From contig NW_003314297.1 of NCBI RefSeq assembly GCF_000143415.4, forward strand, positions 1,685,880-1,749,879: DNA of 64,000 nucleotides, in the 5' to 3' direction. The stretch's first letter is position 1. Each line of letters starts with the position of its first letter. This stretch comes from Selaginella moellendorffii. Taxonomy: Eukaryota > Plantae > Lycopodiophyta. This document shows positions 1 through 12,300 of the stretch, in pieces. The position numbers and the translations under genes were made by a program. The notes beneath the pieces were generated by a model. That model did not search any database and was not told where the DNA came from. It saw only the letters and a program-made list of their open reading frames with translations.

Positions 1-1160
1 TTTAGGTGGGTATATGGGACATCATCATGTAACTGAGAAGCTACACTGGTCTTTCTATTGGCCAAAGATGTGACATGATGTTATTTGATCTGTGCATAGC
101 TATGTTTGGTGCCAAGCTCATAATACTCTCCTTCATACCACGGAAGGACAGTTGGAGTCAATTATAGTTTCCCGTCCATTTGAGTTGGTGGTGTTTGATC
201 TTATGGGACCTTTTCCACGGTCGACTGCTGGCAATGAGTATGTTATTATTCCTTCTGACTACTTGATTTGTTGGGTGGAAGTTGGTGCTTTTGTTAACAC
301 CTCTGCAATTGTTGTTGGATACTTCCTCCTTAATCAAGTGGTGTTCCAGCATTCTTGTCCAAAGCGGATTCTTTCGAATAATGGCCCCACATTTATGGCT
401 GAGGCATTTCATGTTTTGATGTCTCGGTTGGGGATACGCCACACTTTTATGAATGCTTATCATCCATAATCAGACGTTTTGGTGGAACGGCTCATTCAGA
501 CATTCAAAGGGATGATTACGAAGTATGTGAACTTTCAGCATTCGGATTGAAATGGTTATTTGCCATCTTGTCGGTATGTATATGTCACAGAAGTGCAGAG
601 TTTTATTAGTGCTTCATTATATAAATTTCTATATGATCATAATCCAATATTACTAACAGAGCTAGGTTTACCTTCGCAATTGCCACAAGCTGCTAATGCT
701 AGGTCATGGGATAAGTATTTGATGAGCATTCTTCCACTTGTCTAAGTAGAATTTGCAAAACATTTAAGTCACATACAAATGGGACAACAATGGCGCTACA
801 ACTCCCATCATCGTTCACCTGCGGAGTACAAAGTGGATGATTTGGTATTAGTCCGTTTTCCCCATCTTACAGTATATGGTTTATCTAAGGGGTTTCTTCC
901 GCAGTGGAAAGGACCGTATCAGGTGTTACGGCAAGTTGGACCACAAGTTTATGAGTTTATGAGGTTTGGCATGACATTCAACAAGCTAATCCTCCAGAGA
1001 TTGTGTATGTGCAGTGGTTGAAATGCTTCATACAAAAGGATCAAAAGCAATTAATACCACCTATAGATCCGCCAATGCCTTCTCCTAACATTCCTTCAGA
1101 TCCCGGCCCATTTACAAAAGAACCCTAATGGTCTTTTATTATTCCAAGAGGAGGGGATGA
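1..1160 (+). mobile_element. Degenerate Ty3/gypsy integrase 3' region ending in a polypurine tract
   Basis: The ORFs give rve-type motifs (RPFELVVFDLMGPFP, ILSNNGPTF, AYHP) and the GPY/F motif (PQWKGPYQV), with stops. A purine run AAGAGGAGGGGATGA (1146-1160) precedes TG at 1161. Confidence 0.85.
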
Positions 1161-1320
1161 TGTGAGGGCCAAATGTATGGCTACAATACTATATACTAAT
1201 ATTAGTGTAGTAGAATTTTAGTAGTCGTCAGATTGGTTTCAATTCGGACCACTTGCTCTTGTATATAAGCTAGGTTTTTAGGCTAATTGATATGCACATT
1301 TTTTATATTCCCTTTCCACA
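1161..1320 (+). repeat. Probable 3' LTR of the gypsy remnant
   Basis: Starts TGTG immediately after the PPT, has TATATAA at ~1263 and ends ...CCACA at 1320. The end is uncertain because there is no partner LTR in the window. Confidence 0.45.
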
Positions 1321-1989
1321 CAATGCTTTTAATGTTTTTTTTTATGATTAAAATATGATTCTAAAATAGTTGTATATTCACTATAAGTTGTATAATTCCA
1401 ATTAACATATTCCATATTGTAAATTTCACCGAGTTCAAACTCACATGACTAAAAATTTTAATAAAGAAACTTACCAAAGGTAGTTGTGAGGAAAATGAAA
1501 AATAAAATTAACTATGAATAGCCATTAAAATTTTAATAAATTTTATTATCTACTCTTAATAATAATTAAGAGTATTTTCGCCCCACAGATGGATTTCCAG
1601 ATAGGTACATTGCCTATCTGGAGGGCAGTAGGCCCCGATCCAGAGAGGAGCTGGCAATAAATAATGGGTTTTAGTTAGAAATCTTTAAGGTTTCGAAAAT
1701 TAAAAGCTTTAAACATACTTATCTTTTCACTTTTTTTTTCACCACTATATTCAATTTTCGACACCTCTTTTTCACCATTAGATTCAATCTTTGACACAAT
1801 ATTTAGTGCCAAACATGCTTAACAATAAATTGAAATAATTGATGTTAACCACCCACAAAATGTCTATAAGATTCTCTTTGTAGAAGCTATTAAATGTATT
1901 TTTCATGCCTTCAATCTATTACAAACGACTAAAAAATGCTGGCAGTCAAGATATAAATTGCAAAAAGAGTCAACAAACACATAATCTCA

Positions 1990-2880
1990 CTTTGACCATT
2001 GTTGTTTCCCCATTTTCCAACATCAGCCAAAATCCACAAGCAAAACCTTAACTTTGAGAACATTACCTTGAGGAATCCACAATAACTGCACCGAGTTCCA
2101 GAGTGACTGGCGTCAGATTCTTTGCGGCCTCAGCCATGACAATTTGGCCGCCTCGTTTATTACCTGAAGGTTTCATCGATAACGTACACTGCCGTGTAGA
2201 AAATCTTATCCCACTTTTGATGGAGAAGAGCAGTGGTTTCCGAAATTCCTCCCTCGACCACGCGAATCGCAGATTTATCCAAGTACAAAGGGAGCAGCCG
2301 TGTGATCAACGCCGATGTCGCTGGTGCCATCTCGACGGCTTCAACACCACGGCATTGCCCGCGGCAATGGCTCCAACCATCGGGTCCAGGGAAAGGACTG
2401 CATTAAAGAACCACAAGGAGAGAACCTCGTCACGAAAAAAGAACGAGCGCTAGAACCAACAGACTTACGAAATGGTAAATTCCAGGCGGAGATTATCAGC
2501 ACGACAGCGAAAGGCTCGGGCTTCATGGCGGCCGACGCCGGGAGCGTCGAAGCAGAGCTGGAAGCTGGAAAAGAAGATTTCCAAGAAAATGAGCAGAGAG
2601 AGCGAGGTTTTCGATGGCAAGCTGGCACACACTCTTGACGGGAAAGATCTGCGAGGAAAAGATCCACACAGAATCAGCGGGATTTCGATCCAAGAACCAA
2701 AAAAGATCCGGGAGGAAGCAAGCAATCAAAAGAAAAGGTGCCATAGCATCGCCTCTCACCTCACTGGTGAGGCACTCCGAGGGCGATGTCCTCCTCGTGC
2801 TTTTGGATCAAACCCACGATGCTCTTGAGCTGCGCGAGCCGCCAATCCAAGCTCCTCCGAAATCGCTGCGGACCTCGCCA
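1990..2880 (-). pseudogene. Aldehyde dehydrogenase family 3 (ALDH3) pseudogene
   Basis: Minus-strand peptides RSLDWRLAQLKSIVGLIQKHEEDI, PEPFAVVLIISAWNLPF, LSLDPMVGAIAAGNAVVLKPS / EMAPATSALITRLLPLYLDKSAIRVVEGG..QKWDKIFYT, AAKNLTPVTLELG and GKWGNNNGQ. There is a frameshift at KPS/E, GKSP is deleted and the C-terminal half is not found. Confidence 0.85.
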
Positions 2881-3014
2881 CACAGCCGCGATTACGGCGC
2901 TCTCCGTCAATTCTTGGCGGCGATCGGACTCCATTGCTCGCTCGCTCGCTCCCAGGAAGAAAACCCTGACAGGCCCTGCTCATTCGAAATCGTCGAAGAA
3001 GTCGGCGTGGTGGA

Positions 3015-3130
3015 GTAGCGCCACCGCCGGCACACGGTTGCCGCCTGGGCATTGCGCCGCGCCTCGACGAGAATGGAGGAGACGATGCTGTCCGGGATCA
3101 CGTCGATGCTGGCGCCGCCTCTCCGCCATA
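3015..3130 (-). pseudogene. F-box-like fragment
   Basis: IDVIPDSIVSSIL...AQAATVCRRWR resembles the F-box consensus (LPD..L..IL...A..VCRRWR). The nearest ATG is out of frame. Confidence 0.45.
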
Positions 3131-4028
3131 GCTGCGAGCTCCCCCTGACCTGGCGCCAAGAGCACGTGACGTGGAATAAACATTACGGTGGCCCGGGACT
3201 TGACCGGTTAGATTAAACGGGATGGGGATGACGTCCGGAGGGGGTTCTTGATGAGCGCGGGACGTGATGAATAGAGTGGAGGCAGGCTTAAGGGGCTCTG
3301 CGCACACGGGGTGTTCACACTCGATCTAAGGCTTGAAGTTAGATTCTTGGATTGAGGAGTCTACGGTCCATTATTAATCGTTACAATGTAAACGCCACGT
3401 GGGAAGATTAGGGCTAATTAGGCGTGCAATGCTAGGGCAAAATGGCGATCCGACAAAAGTCGAGCGTTCCTCCAGCCGGCATCGTCCGGTAAATCGATCG
3501 TGGCCGGTGGCGGCGGCAAAGATTGCAGCTCGTCCGCGTCTGTGAGCGCGAGATCGAGCACCTCGGAAGTGGCGGGGACCGTGGCAGCGCCCGGGATCGG
3601 GATTGGGGTAAGGGAGTGGAGCAGCGGGTTAAGGGAGCAGCAGGGACGATTTGGCGTGGAAGCTGGCGATGAGAATTTTGCCGTGCCAGCGAGATCTTCC
3701 GACAACAAGTTTGAAGCTGTGCGATGCCATTACTGGGATACTTGCAGGTGAGAAATCACGAGTGAAGAGTTCGATCTTCGATTTCTCGGCAAGAATTTTT
3801 TGTTCTCTTTTCTTCGCCTCGAGTAAGAGCTCTTTTGGTTTTTAGCAGCTGTGGTTTCCATTATTTGGAGCCACGAGAGCCTGGAGCAACGACCAAGGCG
3901 TCAAGAACACCGAAGATGGACTAGATTTTTTTGGTTTGATGATAGAAAACGATGAAAAAACTTTGTTGCAGTGAGGACGCGGTGACCTCTCTCTCTGCTC
4001 AAAGTGGAGTCTTCCTGCGAATCAAGTC

Positions 4029-4339
4029 ATGGTGGTAAGCATTTTCATCTCATTTCGCTGCTAGAGTTTACAAAATTCACTGTTTCATAGGATCTAATCG
4101 CAAAACTCGTGAATCCTGCCGGAATCTTCCAGTGCCGCGTGACCGACGCCAAAAATGTTGCTGCTGCCGAGGGAAATCTTGAGGAAATCGCAAGATTGTT
4201 CCGGAAGAAACTCACAGATTTCCAGCAGATATCTCCCGAGCCAGTTCTTCGCCCAGGAAACCATTTCAATGCGCATTACAGCGTGAAGGACATGGACGAG
4301 CTCAAATGGCTGTTCGTGGAATCTCTTACAGGCAGTTAG
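4029..4339 (+). CDS. Possible small spliced ORF or exon of unknown function
   Basis: ATGGTG|GTAAGC ... CATAG|GATCTA joins to the open frame DLIAKLVNPAGIFQCRV...VESLTGS*. No family recognised. Confidence 0.3.
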
Positions 4340-4431
4340 TTACGGCGTTTTTAGGGTCGTGCCAAATGCCGGGACGGGGCATAATATTCTGATTCCAGGA
4401 CAGGGGGATGTGCAGATATGTGGCGAGCGCC

Positions 4432-6129
4432 ATGGAGTCGACTGCAGCGGGAGCAGCAACAACAAGTAGAAAGCTTAAGCGGGAGGCGGCCCAGCGGCGC
4501 AAGGCGCAGGCTAGATCGCTCAAACTTCGGGCCGAGGAACAGGAACGCTTGCAGCGCCTGGTACACTTCTCTTGTGCCTGTTGAGTTCCCGTTTTGTGAG
4601 AATAAATGCTGGTGCTTGTGCTGAGAGCAGGAGATTGATGCACTGGTGGAGCAACAGAGGGTGCAGCGCCTTGAACGACACCGTCGCAAAGAAGACGCTG
4701 AGAAGCTCGCTCGAGAGGCATCAGGGCTGGGTTTGAGCAACAGCTGCTGCTCGCAGGGAGGCGCGCAGCAGACGAGGAGCAGCGATGCGCGGCAGCAGCA
4801 ACAGCAGAGTGGAACAGGGGAGAGCAGGTCGTCGTCGTCCTCGTCGAGCTCTGCAGTGCCTTCTTGGCCCGTTGTTTATAAGGACCACCAACAAGCTACA
4901 GCACAAGATGCAGCAGAGCAGCCAGCCACCTCTCAGCAAGTGCAACAGGCGAGAGCTCTTGTGGACAACCGGAGAAAACTGGCGAGGGGCCCTCGCTCGG
5001 GAAACGGGACTGTGGGCTTGGCATTGACGCAAGTAACCAACTTTGCTGCTTCTAAGAGCTCCGACTTGGCGCTGGAAGATCACCGGGTTGTGAGCACAGA
5101 GTACCAAGCAGCGGGAACGCAAGCTCTGATGCGGGTCACACTTTTAGCAGCGGGTTTTGTCATTGGCGCTCGGGGCATCTCCGCGAGGCTCATCGGTCAG
5201 GTGACAGGTGCCATCATCCAGTCGTGGACGGAATCGTCTGCATGCCGGCACAGCAACAGCGCCACGGGGGTGCCAATGAGACTCTTCAGGATTCAGGGCA
5301 AGAAGGCTGTAGTCCAGGCAGCGGTGGCCCTGGTAGAGCAGGCTGTGGCCAAGTACAGGGAACTGTGCGAGTGCAAGAGAAGGGGTGAATTTGTTCAGCG
5401 TGAACATGTCATCAACGGGGTTGAGTTTTACTATCAGCCACCACCTCGAAAGGCATTCTCTGACCAACTCGCGTCGTCCAGGACTCCGTCTTCCTCCTCC
5501 TCCCCTTCACCGGCTTCTGTGGCTGCCGCGGCCACCAGCACCAGCAACTGCAACAGCGGCAGCCGGGCTGACGTCCCCTTTCCCCCGCACCATGCCTGGC
5601 TCCGTCACCTCCAGGCTGCCGGAGCGTCGTCGAGGGATGGAAGGGAGGCACAGCCTGATGGCCATGGCAGAGCGAAGCAAGTCGCCAGCCACGCCAGCCA
5701 GCATTCACTTCAGGTGGAATCCAGCTTGTTTAGTGTCTTTGGCAACGGGGGATTGCCACTGCCACTGTCAATAGCGCAGGAAAGCGCTCCCTCCCTCAAG
5801 ACCTCCTCCCTGGACGTGTCCACCACGCCTTTTGACTTTCCAAAGTACGATTTCTTCCGGGAGATTTTGCCTGCGCTGCCGCAGCAGCAGCAGGGGGGAG
5901 AGCACAACCTCTTTGGAGACGAGCTCTGCATGCTGTGTGTTGAGAGGCCGCGTGCGCGTGGTGGCGCTACTCGTCTCACGGTAAGCAAACTCACGCCCCC
6001 TCTCGAGTGATTTAAATGTGTGTGTTTTGACAGGATTGCGGCCACGCATCGTTTTGTTCGTCGTGCGTCCGGGCACGGGGCCACTGTCCAGTCTGCCATG
6101 CAAAGCTTGTGGGCTGGGGTCTTATGTGA
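4432..6129 (+). CDS. KH-domain + C-terminal C3HC4 RING protein (putative RNA-binding E3 ligase), 3 exons
   Basis: Exons 4432-4560 (in-frame ATG also at 4408), 4631-5980 and 6034-6129, with GT-AG introns. KH signature AAGFVIGARGISARLIGQVTGAIIQ...FRIQGKKAVVQAAVALV. The RING is assembled across intron 2: CMLC...DCGHASFCSSC..HCPVC. Confidence 0.8.
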
Positions 6130-6201
6130 TGTTGTGTACATTTGTTTCCCCCTGTTGAGAAATAAGTATGAATCAAAACCCTGACCTGATCCTAGGGAGC
6201 T

Positions 6202-7781
6202 ATGTCCTTCATTTTTTTCAAGCCATTCAGACCTAAGAGCGCAGCTGAGCTCGTCAAGTCGACGCGGGACGCGCTCGCTGCCCTGGATGACAAGACCGTG
6301 GCGGATGTGCGGCTGCTGGACAAGGTAAACAAAAAAGAGCTGTTCTCATGCCACTCTCACTCTCTCCCCTCCAGGCGCTCGAGGAAGTGGACAAGAACCT
6401 CTTGGCCATGAAACACATGATCCTCGGCGATGGCGAGGCAGAGCCCAGCCCAGATCTGGTTGTGCAGCTTGTAGCCGAGGTGTGCAAGGATGACTTTCTG
6501 GAAATTCTCATCCACAAGCTCCCTAATCTAGGCTGGGAGGTAACGAGCGTGTGTGTGTGCATTTCGCCAGCTCATTGATTGATCGGCAGGCAAGGAAGGA
6601 TACAGTCCAGGTATGGTGCATTCTTCTGCGCCAAAAGGGTGGCCTCGCGGTACACTGCCTGGAAAATCACCCCGAGCTTCTAGATTTCCTCATCTCGTGG
6701 TAAGTAGGCAAACAACGGGCTGTCGCGCTATTATGAAAGCCTGGCTGAGGGTGCAGCTATCAGAACAAGGACACTGCTCTCAACTGTGGCGTCATGCTAA
6801 GGGAGTGCTCCCGCTTTGCAAGCCTAGCAGCGTGAGTGAAATCGCCCATGCAACGCATTCGTTGCATTACTAGCTGTCGCCCGCTTTCCAGATACATGCT
6901 CGAGTCGGCCAGCTTCGAGCTGTTTTTCAAACTCGTGGAGCTTCCCAACTTCGATATTGCCTCGGATGCCTTCACCACGTTTAAGGTAGCCCTCTGCGCT
7001 GTTTTCTCTGTTACGTTTACGTTTGGCGCAGGAGCTTCTCACCAGGCATGGGAGCGTTGTAAATAACTACCTTAACTCGCACTATGACCAGGTAAGCGTC
7101 GCCACAGCTCAAATGTTTCACTTGGGTGTCGTGATCAGTTTTTTGAGCTGTACGAGAGGCTGCTAAGCTCCAGCAACTATGTCACAAAACGGCAATCTCT
7201 CAAGGTGGGTGTCTGTGTGTGTGTGTATATCGTCGTGTGTGCCCTTTTTTTTTTTTTTTTTAATACTCTTCTCCCTCTTTATTCTCCAGTTGCTCGGGGA
7301 TTTTCTCCTGGACAGATCTAACACGCAAGTCATGCTACGGTACATTTCGGACAAGCGCAATTTGCTGATAGTCATGACGCTTCTCAAGGTCCGTTGCTTG
7401 CTTCTACGTATGCCAATGTAAGTAAAAGCTTATTCTGGCCCAGGACCCAAGCAAGAGCATCCAGTCGTCTGCGTTCCATATATTCAAGGTGCGCCTCGTC
7501 GATCAGCAAATGGCGAGCTCTCTTGTCCTTGTGCAGGTATTTGTTGCAAACCCGAAGAAGCCAGCCCCCATCGTGCACGTCTTGGCAAAGAACAGAGACA
7601 GACTGCTGCGCTTTCTGGACAAGTTCCACCTTGACAAGGGTACGTATATTCTCACAAACCTTTGCTGCTGCTCCACCATACGTGCATGTGGACGTGTGCA
7701 TGTTCACCTCCAGAGGACGAGCAGTTTGAGGAAGAAAAGGAGCTGCTGGTCAAGGAGATCGAGGCGCTGGCCACACGCTGA
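6202..7781 (+). CDS. MO25: MO25/CAB39-like scaffold protein, multi-exon
   Basis: The exons translate to conserved MO25 motifs: ALNCGVMLREC, LPNFDIASDAFTTFK, SSNYVTKRQSLK, LLGDFLLDRSN, VFVANPKKP, EDEQFEEEKELLVKEI. Stop TGA 7779-7781. Confidence 0.95.
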
Positions 7782-7832
7782 TGGAGTGTTTATTTGTGCC
7801 CCCCACCCACACTAAGAGGTAGCTAGCTATGG

Positions 7833-8496
7833 TCACTCCCCAGTGACGACGACGAGGCATCCACACATGGTGGAGAGCGCGCTGCTTGTCGGCTGGTATA
7901 AACAGGCGTCCACCTTCACACCTTCCCCCTCCTGTTGTTGCTGCTGCTGCTGCTGTTCCTGCCCGTGTTCCTCGTACATGACATTGACGCACACTTGCCG
8001 CTCCTCTCCTCCGCCTCCTCCACTTCGGGACGATCTCTCCAAGGCCAGGATCTCACCCAAGGAAGGTGGAGCAACACTGTCCGCCAGCAGCGTCGCGTTA
8101 CTCCCCGTCTCGTCGCTGCTGTTGCCGTTGCTGCGGCAGCCTAGCAGCGCCCACACCATGCCCCCCCTGCCGTGGCGTGCCTGCTCCCTCCTCCGCCCCG
8201 CCGACCGGATTCCAATCAGGCTCCCCAGCGTCATGCCCGCCACTCCCGTCTCCGGGAGAAGCGACACAGTGGACTGCACAGCAATGCACATTGCAGTGCG
8301 CTCTTGGCGTGACAAAACATACCTGGGTGTCCAGATCCGAAGACAAGGACGAGGAGAAGCTCAAGCTGGGTGACAAGGACGAGGCTGCGGCGGCGGCAGA
8401 GCTGGCGGCGGCGTGCTCCAGCCACGACTCCGCCAGATGCACCCGCACGTTGACGGGTTGCAATCCAAGCGGCCACCCCCGCATCGTCTCCTCCAT
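7833..8496 (-). CDS. Plant uncharacterised protein, At3g17950-like, 2 exons
   Basis: Family motifs GWPLGLQP, SSDLDTQ|ST.S...MTLGSLIG and PPSLGEILALER. One intron at ~8273-8322. Confidence 0.8.
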
Positions 8497-8544
8497 GGCC
8501 AGATGAATGAATTGTCCAATTCAGCTTAGGGTTAGCCCACCGCG
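8497..8544. promoter_or_regulatory. 48-bp divergent spacer with telo-box-like and site II-like elements
   Basis: TTAGGGTTA (8526-8534) abuts AGCCCA (reverse complement TGGGCT, site II) between two head-to-head ATGs. Confidence 0.45.
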
Positions 8545-9324
8545 ATGGAGATGGAGGAGGAGGGGTGGCCGAGGCGGCGGCGGCGGCGGCTGGACGTGGC
8601 GGTGTGGAGCGACGCAGCGGTGCGAATGCTGGTGCTAGTGATGCGCATCCTCAGGTACTCCCGCTCCCTCCAAGACGATCCACAAGACGACGGCGGCGGC
8701 GGCGGCAAGAGCACACAGGTGTGGAAGCGCGTCGCTCGAGCGCTGCAGCTCCGCGGCCACCCCTTGGATGGCGTCCAATGCAAGACCAAGTTCAAGGCAC
8801 TCAAGGCGGACTACCACGCAGCTGTGGCCTCCGCGCACTGCGACCGGTTTAAGTTCTTGGATGACATGCGCCACTACTTTGCCGGCGTTCCTGTGGCCGA
8901 GGCTGAATTCCAGGCTCTCTTTGACGGAGGCCACACCCTGCAAGATTTCTCCCGCATGCTCCTGAGCAGCGATGCTGACGACGCCAGCGATCGTCGCCAC
9001 CACGCTGCCAAGAGGCGGCGGAGCGAGGCTTGTCAGCAATCGCGCGAGGAGGACGAGTACAGGGCCGCAAAGCTGCGCCTGCTGGACAAGGAGGTCCAGC
9101 TGCAAGAGCAGCGGCTTGAGCTGGAGGTGGTGAGGGCAGACAACGAGCGGCAGCGGCTGGCCAACGAGTCCCGCCGGATTTGTGTCGAGGAGAGGAGGCT
9201 CAAGCACGACGAGGAGCAGCTGCACATGTTGAACACGCTCGTGGCGTTGCTGTCCGCGCTGACTGATGGGAGCCAGCTGGGCGCCACAGGATCGCCGCGT
9301 TATCCGACGGCTCGCCCACAGTAG
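8545..9324 (+). CDS. Trihelix/Myb-SANT DNA-binding protein with C-terminal coiled coil, single exon
   Basis: WSDAAVRML...VWKRVARALQLRGHPLDGVQCKTKFKALKADY...RFKFLDDM matches the Myb_DNA-bind_4 pattern, followed by an E/R/L-rich heptad tail. Confidence 0.85.
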   Translation: MEMEEEGWPRRRRRRLDVAVWSDAAVRMLVLVMRILRYSRSLQDDPQDDGGGGGKSTQVWKRVARALQLRGHPLDGVQCKTKFKALKADYHAAVASAHCDRFKFLDDMRHYFAGVPVAEAEFQALFDGGHTLQDFSRMLLSSDADDASDRRHHAAKRRRSEACQQSREEDEYRAAKLRLLDKEVQLQEQRLELEVVRADNERQRLANESRRICVEERRLKHDEEQLHMLNTLVALLSALTDGSQLGATGSPRYPTARPQ

Positions 9325-9375
9325 CTCTTCGTGTCTCGCCTCCATTTCGTGGCCTTGATGTCGCACCACCCTAGG

Positions 9376-12300
9376 ATGGCGGAGATGAAGTATGTTGTCG
9401 TTACCGGTGGCGTGGTGAGCGGCCTCGGTAAGGGGGTAACAGCTAGCAGCATTGGCCTGCTGCTCAAGTCATGTGGCCTTCGCGTCACCTCCATCAAGAT
9501 CGGTACGTGCGTGCTACTTACTCGTGTGCTGGAATGGCCCGGCCCCGCATTTTCCAGATCCCTACCTCAACATGGACGCGGGAACCATGTCACCCTTCGA
9601 GCACGGGGAGGTGTTTGTTCTTGACGACGGAGGGGAGGTAAGCGTCTGCCGCGCGCTGCATGCATGCTAACCACTGCTGGGAGCGTTTTATGGCTAGGTA
9701 GATCTGGATCTTGGCAACTATGAGCGGTTCCTGGACGTCACTCTCACAAGGGAGAATAACATCACGTCTGGGAAAATATACCAGGTGCCATCCCTTCTCC
9801 CGTTGCTCCAAGTCTCTCGTCTCATTCTTCGTCCCCGCAGGCTGTTCTGGAGAATGAGCGGAGAGGGGACTATCTGGGAAAGACTGTGCAGGTTCAACTC
9901 TCGAATTGCTTGGATTGCCCTCCCTTTCTTACGTCTTCCCTCGCAGATTGTTCCCCATTTGACTGATGTCATCCAAGATCGAATCCAATCGGTGGCCAAG
10001 GTTCCAGTGGACGGAACTCCTAACCCTCCAGACGTATGCGTTATCGAGCTTGGAGGAGTTGTTGGTACTCTTTCGCATTCTTTATTTCAAGCTCTTCTCA
10101 CCTTGGGTTCTCCTCCTCCTCAGGGGACATTGAATCCATGCCATTTATTGAGGCTTTACGACAGCTCCAGTTTTACGTTGGTGAGTTTTATGCGCCCAGT
10201 TAACCTATGTATGTAACAAGAGTGGAAGTGGTGTATATGGATTAGGTGCTGAAAACTTTTGCCACATTCACGTCAGCCTTGTCCCAGTTCTTGGTGTTGT
10301 CGGTGAACAGGCTAGTATGCATTGTTTTTCTGTCACATGTAGCGGTTGAGCTCACTCTTCTTACTACAGAAGACAAAGCCTGCTCAGCAAAGCATTCGTG
10401 AAGTTCGCGCCTTCGGTTTGGTACCGCACTTACTGGTTTGCAGGAGCGCTCAAGTAAGCGACTAAGCTGTTATTGCCTTGGTTTTCACCTCTTACCTGTT
10501 AGAAACTCGAGGACTACACCAAAGAGAAGTTGTCCCAGTATTGCGATGTCTTGGTATGCATGTGTTTTTGGGGCTTCAGTGTCAAAGACCATTTCTCCTT
10601 GCATTCAGACTTCCGACATTTTGAACATTTACGATGTCTCAAATATTTGGCACGTGCCCTTGATATTGAGGGTACTCTAGCTCCTATATCATGTAATCTG
10701 TTTTAACAGGTTCTCACTTAGGATCAAGAAGCGCACTATGCAGTCTTAAGCCGTTTGAACCTGAGGTAGATCTGTATTGTGCTTCTGTTTGTTCCTACCT
10801 AATGCGCTGTCTACAGTCCTGCCGAACCTTGTGTCGAGAAATGGTCGGCCATGGCACGGTCTTGCGAGAACTTAACCGTTCCGGTTAGTGTTACGTAATT
10901 GGTTTTCTTGTCCCCATTTAGTTCTGTTCCAGGTTCGGATAGCAGTTGTTGGAAAATACACTGGTCTTGCAGATTCGTACCTCTCCGTTTTAAAGGTAAG
11001 CGTTTTGGTGGCTAGGCTGTAATATTTCCTCTGGGAATGCAGGGTTTACAGCATGCGTGTATTGCATGCTCGAGACGGCTACTTGTTGACTGGGTTGCAT
11101 CATCCTCTTTAGAAGATGCTAAGCGTCACGATGTATGCTTACACTTCCATTTGCTAGCTTGTAAATGGAAGTTGTCTTGCAGATGGCTGAGGAATATGAA
11201 TCAGCTTGGAGTATGCTAAAGGTACTGGTAATTGTGGTGCTGCACTAGTGTTTGTATTTCTCTTTCTCTTGTGTTGTGTGTGTCAGGATGCTGACGGTAT
11301 TTTAATTCCCGGGGGCTTTGGTGCTCGGGGTGTTCAAGGAATGATATTAGCTGCAAAATATGCTCGTGAAAACAATGTTCCCTTTTTGGGCCTCTGTCTT
11401 GGCATGCAAGTCGCGGTCATTGAGTTTTCTCGATCGGTAAGCTTGTGCTTTATGGTTCCGGTTCCCGTGGCATACATCGCAAAACGCAGGTCCTCAATTT
11501 GGAGAACGCAAATAGTACCGAGTTTGACCCGGCCACGCCGTATCCCTGTGTTGTTTTTATGCCCGAGGTAACACGTGTGGTTACGCGAGCTTCACTCGTT
11601 CTTTGTTTCGATAGGTTTCTGATACGCACAAGGGTGGGACGATGAGGCTAGGATCCCGCGCCACTCTAATTCAGACACCACACTGCATAACCGCAAAGCT
11701 GTAAGCTGCCTCCATCTATCCATAAAGACGTGTGCGAATGACGTGGGTGCAGATACCAGAAGGAGACGCATATTTACGAACGGCACAGGCACAGATATGA
11801 GGTGTTTTTATGTGCAATGAGCACTAAACGATGGCAGGCTTCCAGGTGAATCCGCAAATGGTTGAAGCGTTGGAAGGCGCTGGATTGTGTTTCGTTGCTA
11901 GGGATGAGACTGGAAGACGGATGGAGGTGCTCTACGTTGTGGCCTTGTATAATGTATCTCTCTCTATTGTAGCAGATCATGGAGCTGCCAAGCCATCCGT
12001 TTTACGTGGGAGTTCAGTTCCATCCAGAATTCAAATCTCGACCTGGGAAACCGTCTCCTCTGTTCATAGGTAGTAAAATCTTGTGTGCCCGCAAAACAAA
12101 TTCTGTGCAGCTCATGGTGCTTCCACTTGGATGGGTCCAGGTTTTATACAGGCCGCTTCGGGACAAATGAATGGCTACATAAAAGGTGACCCGGGCACAG
12201 CGGTGAAAGCCAAGATTGTGGTAACAAAGAGGGGGTATAGGAGCAAGCCTCCAAAGAGACCGGAGACGGGGGTGGGCTACAAGCCCCGGGGCACGGGGCC

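Noticed and set aside
1596-1622. 10-bp hairpin as a Helitron 3' end
   Set aside because: No correctly spaced CTRR terminus.
3418-3850. GC-rich ORFs on both strands
   Set aside because: No recognisable homology or consistent splice model.
8635-9369. 244-aa minus-strand ORF
   Set aside because: Antisense shadow of the GC-rich trihelix CDS.
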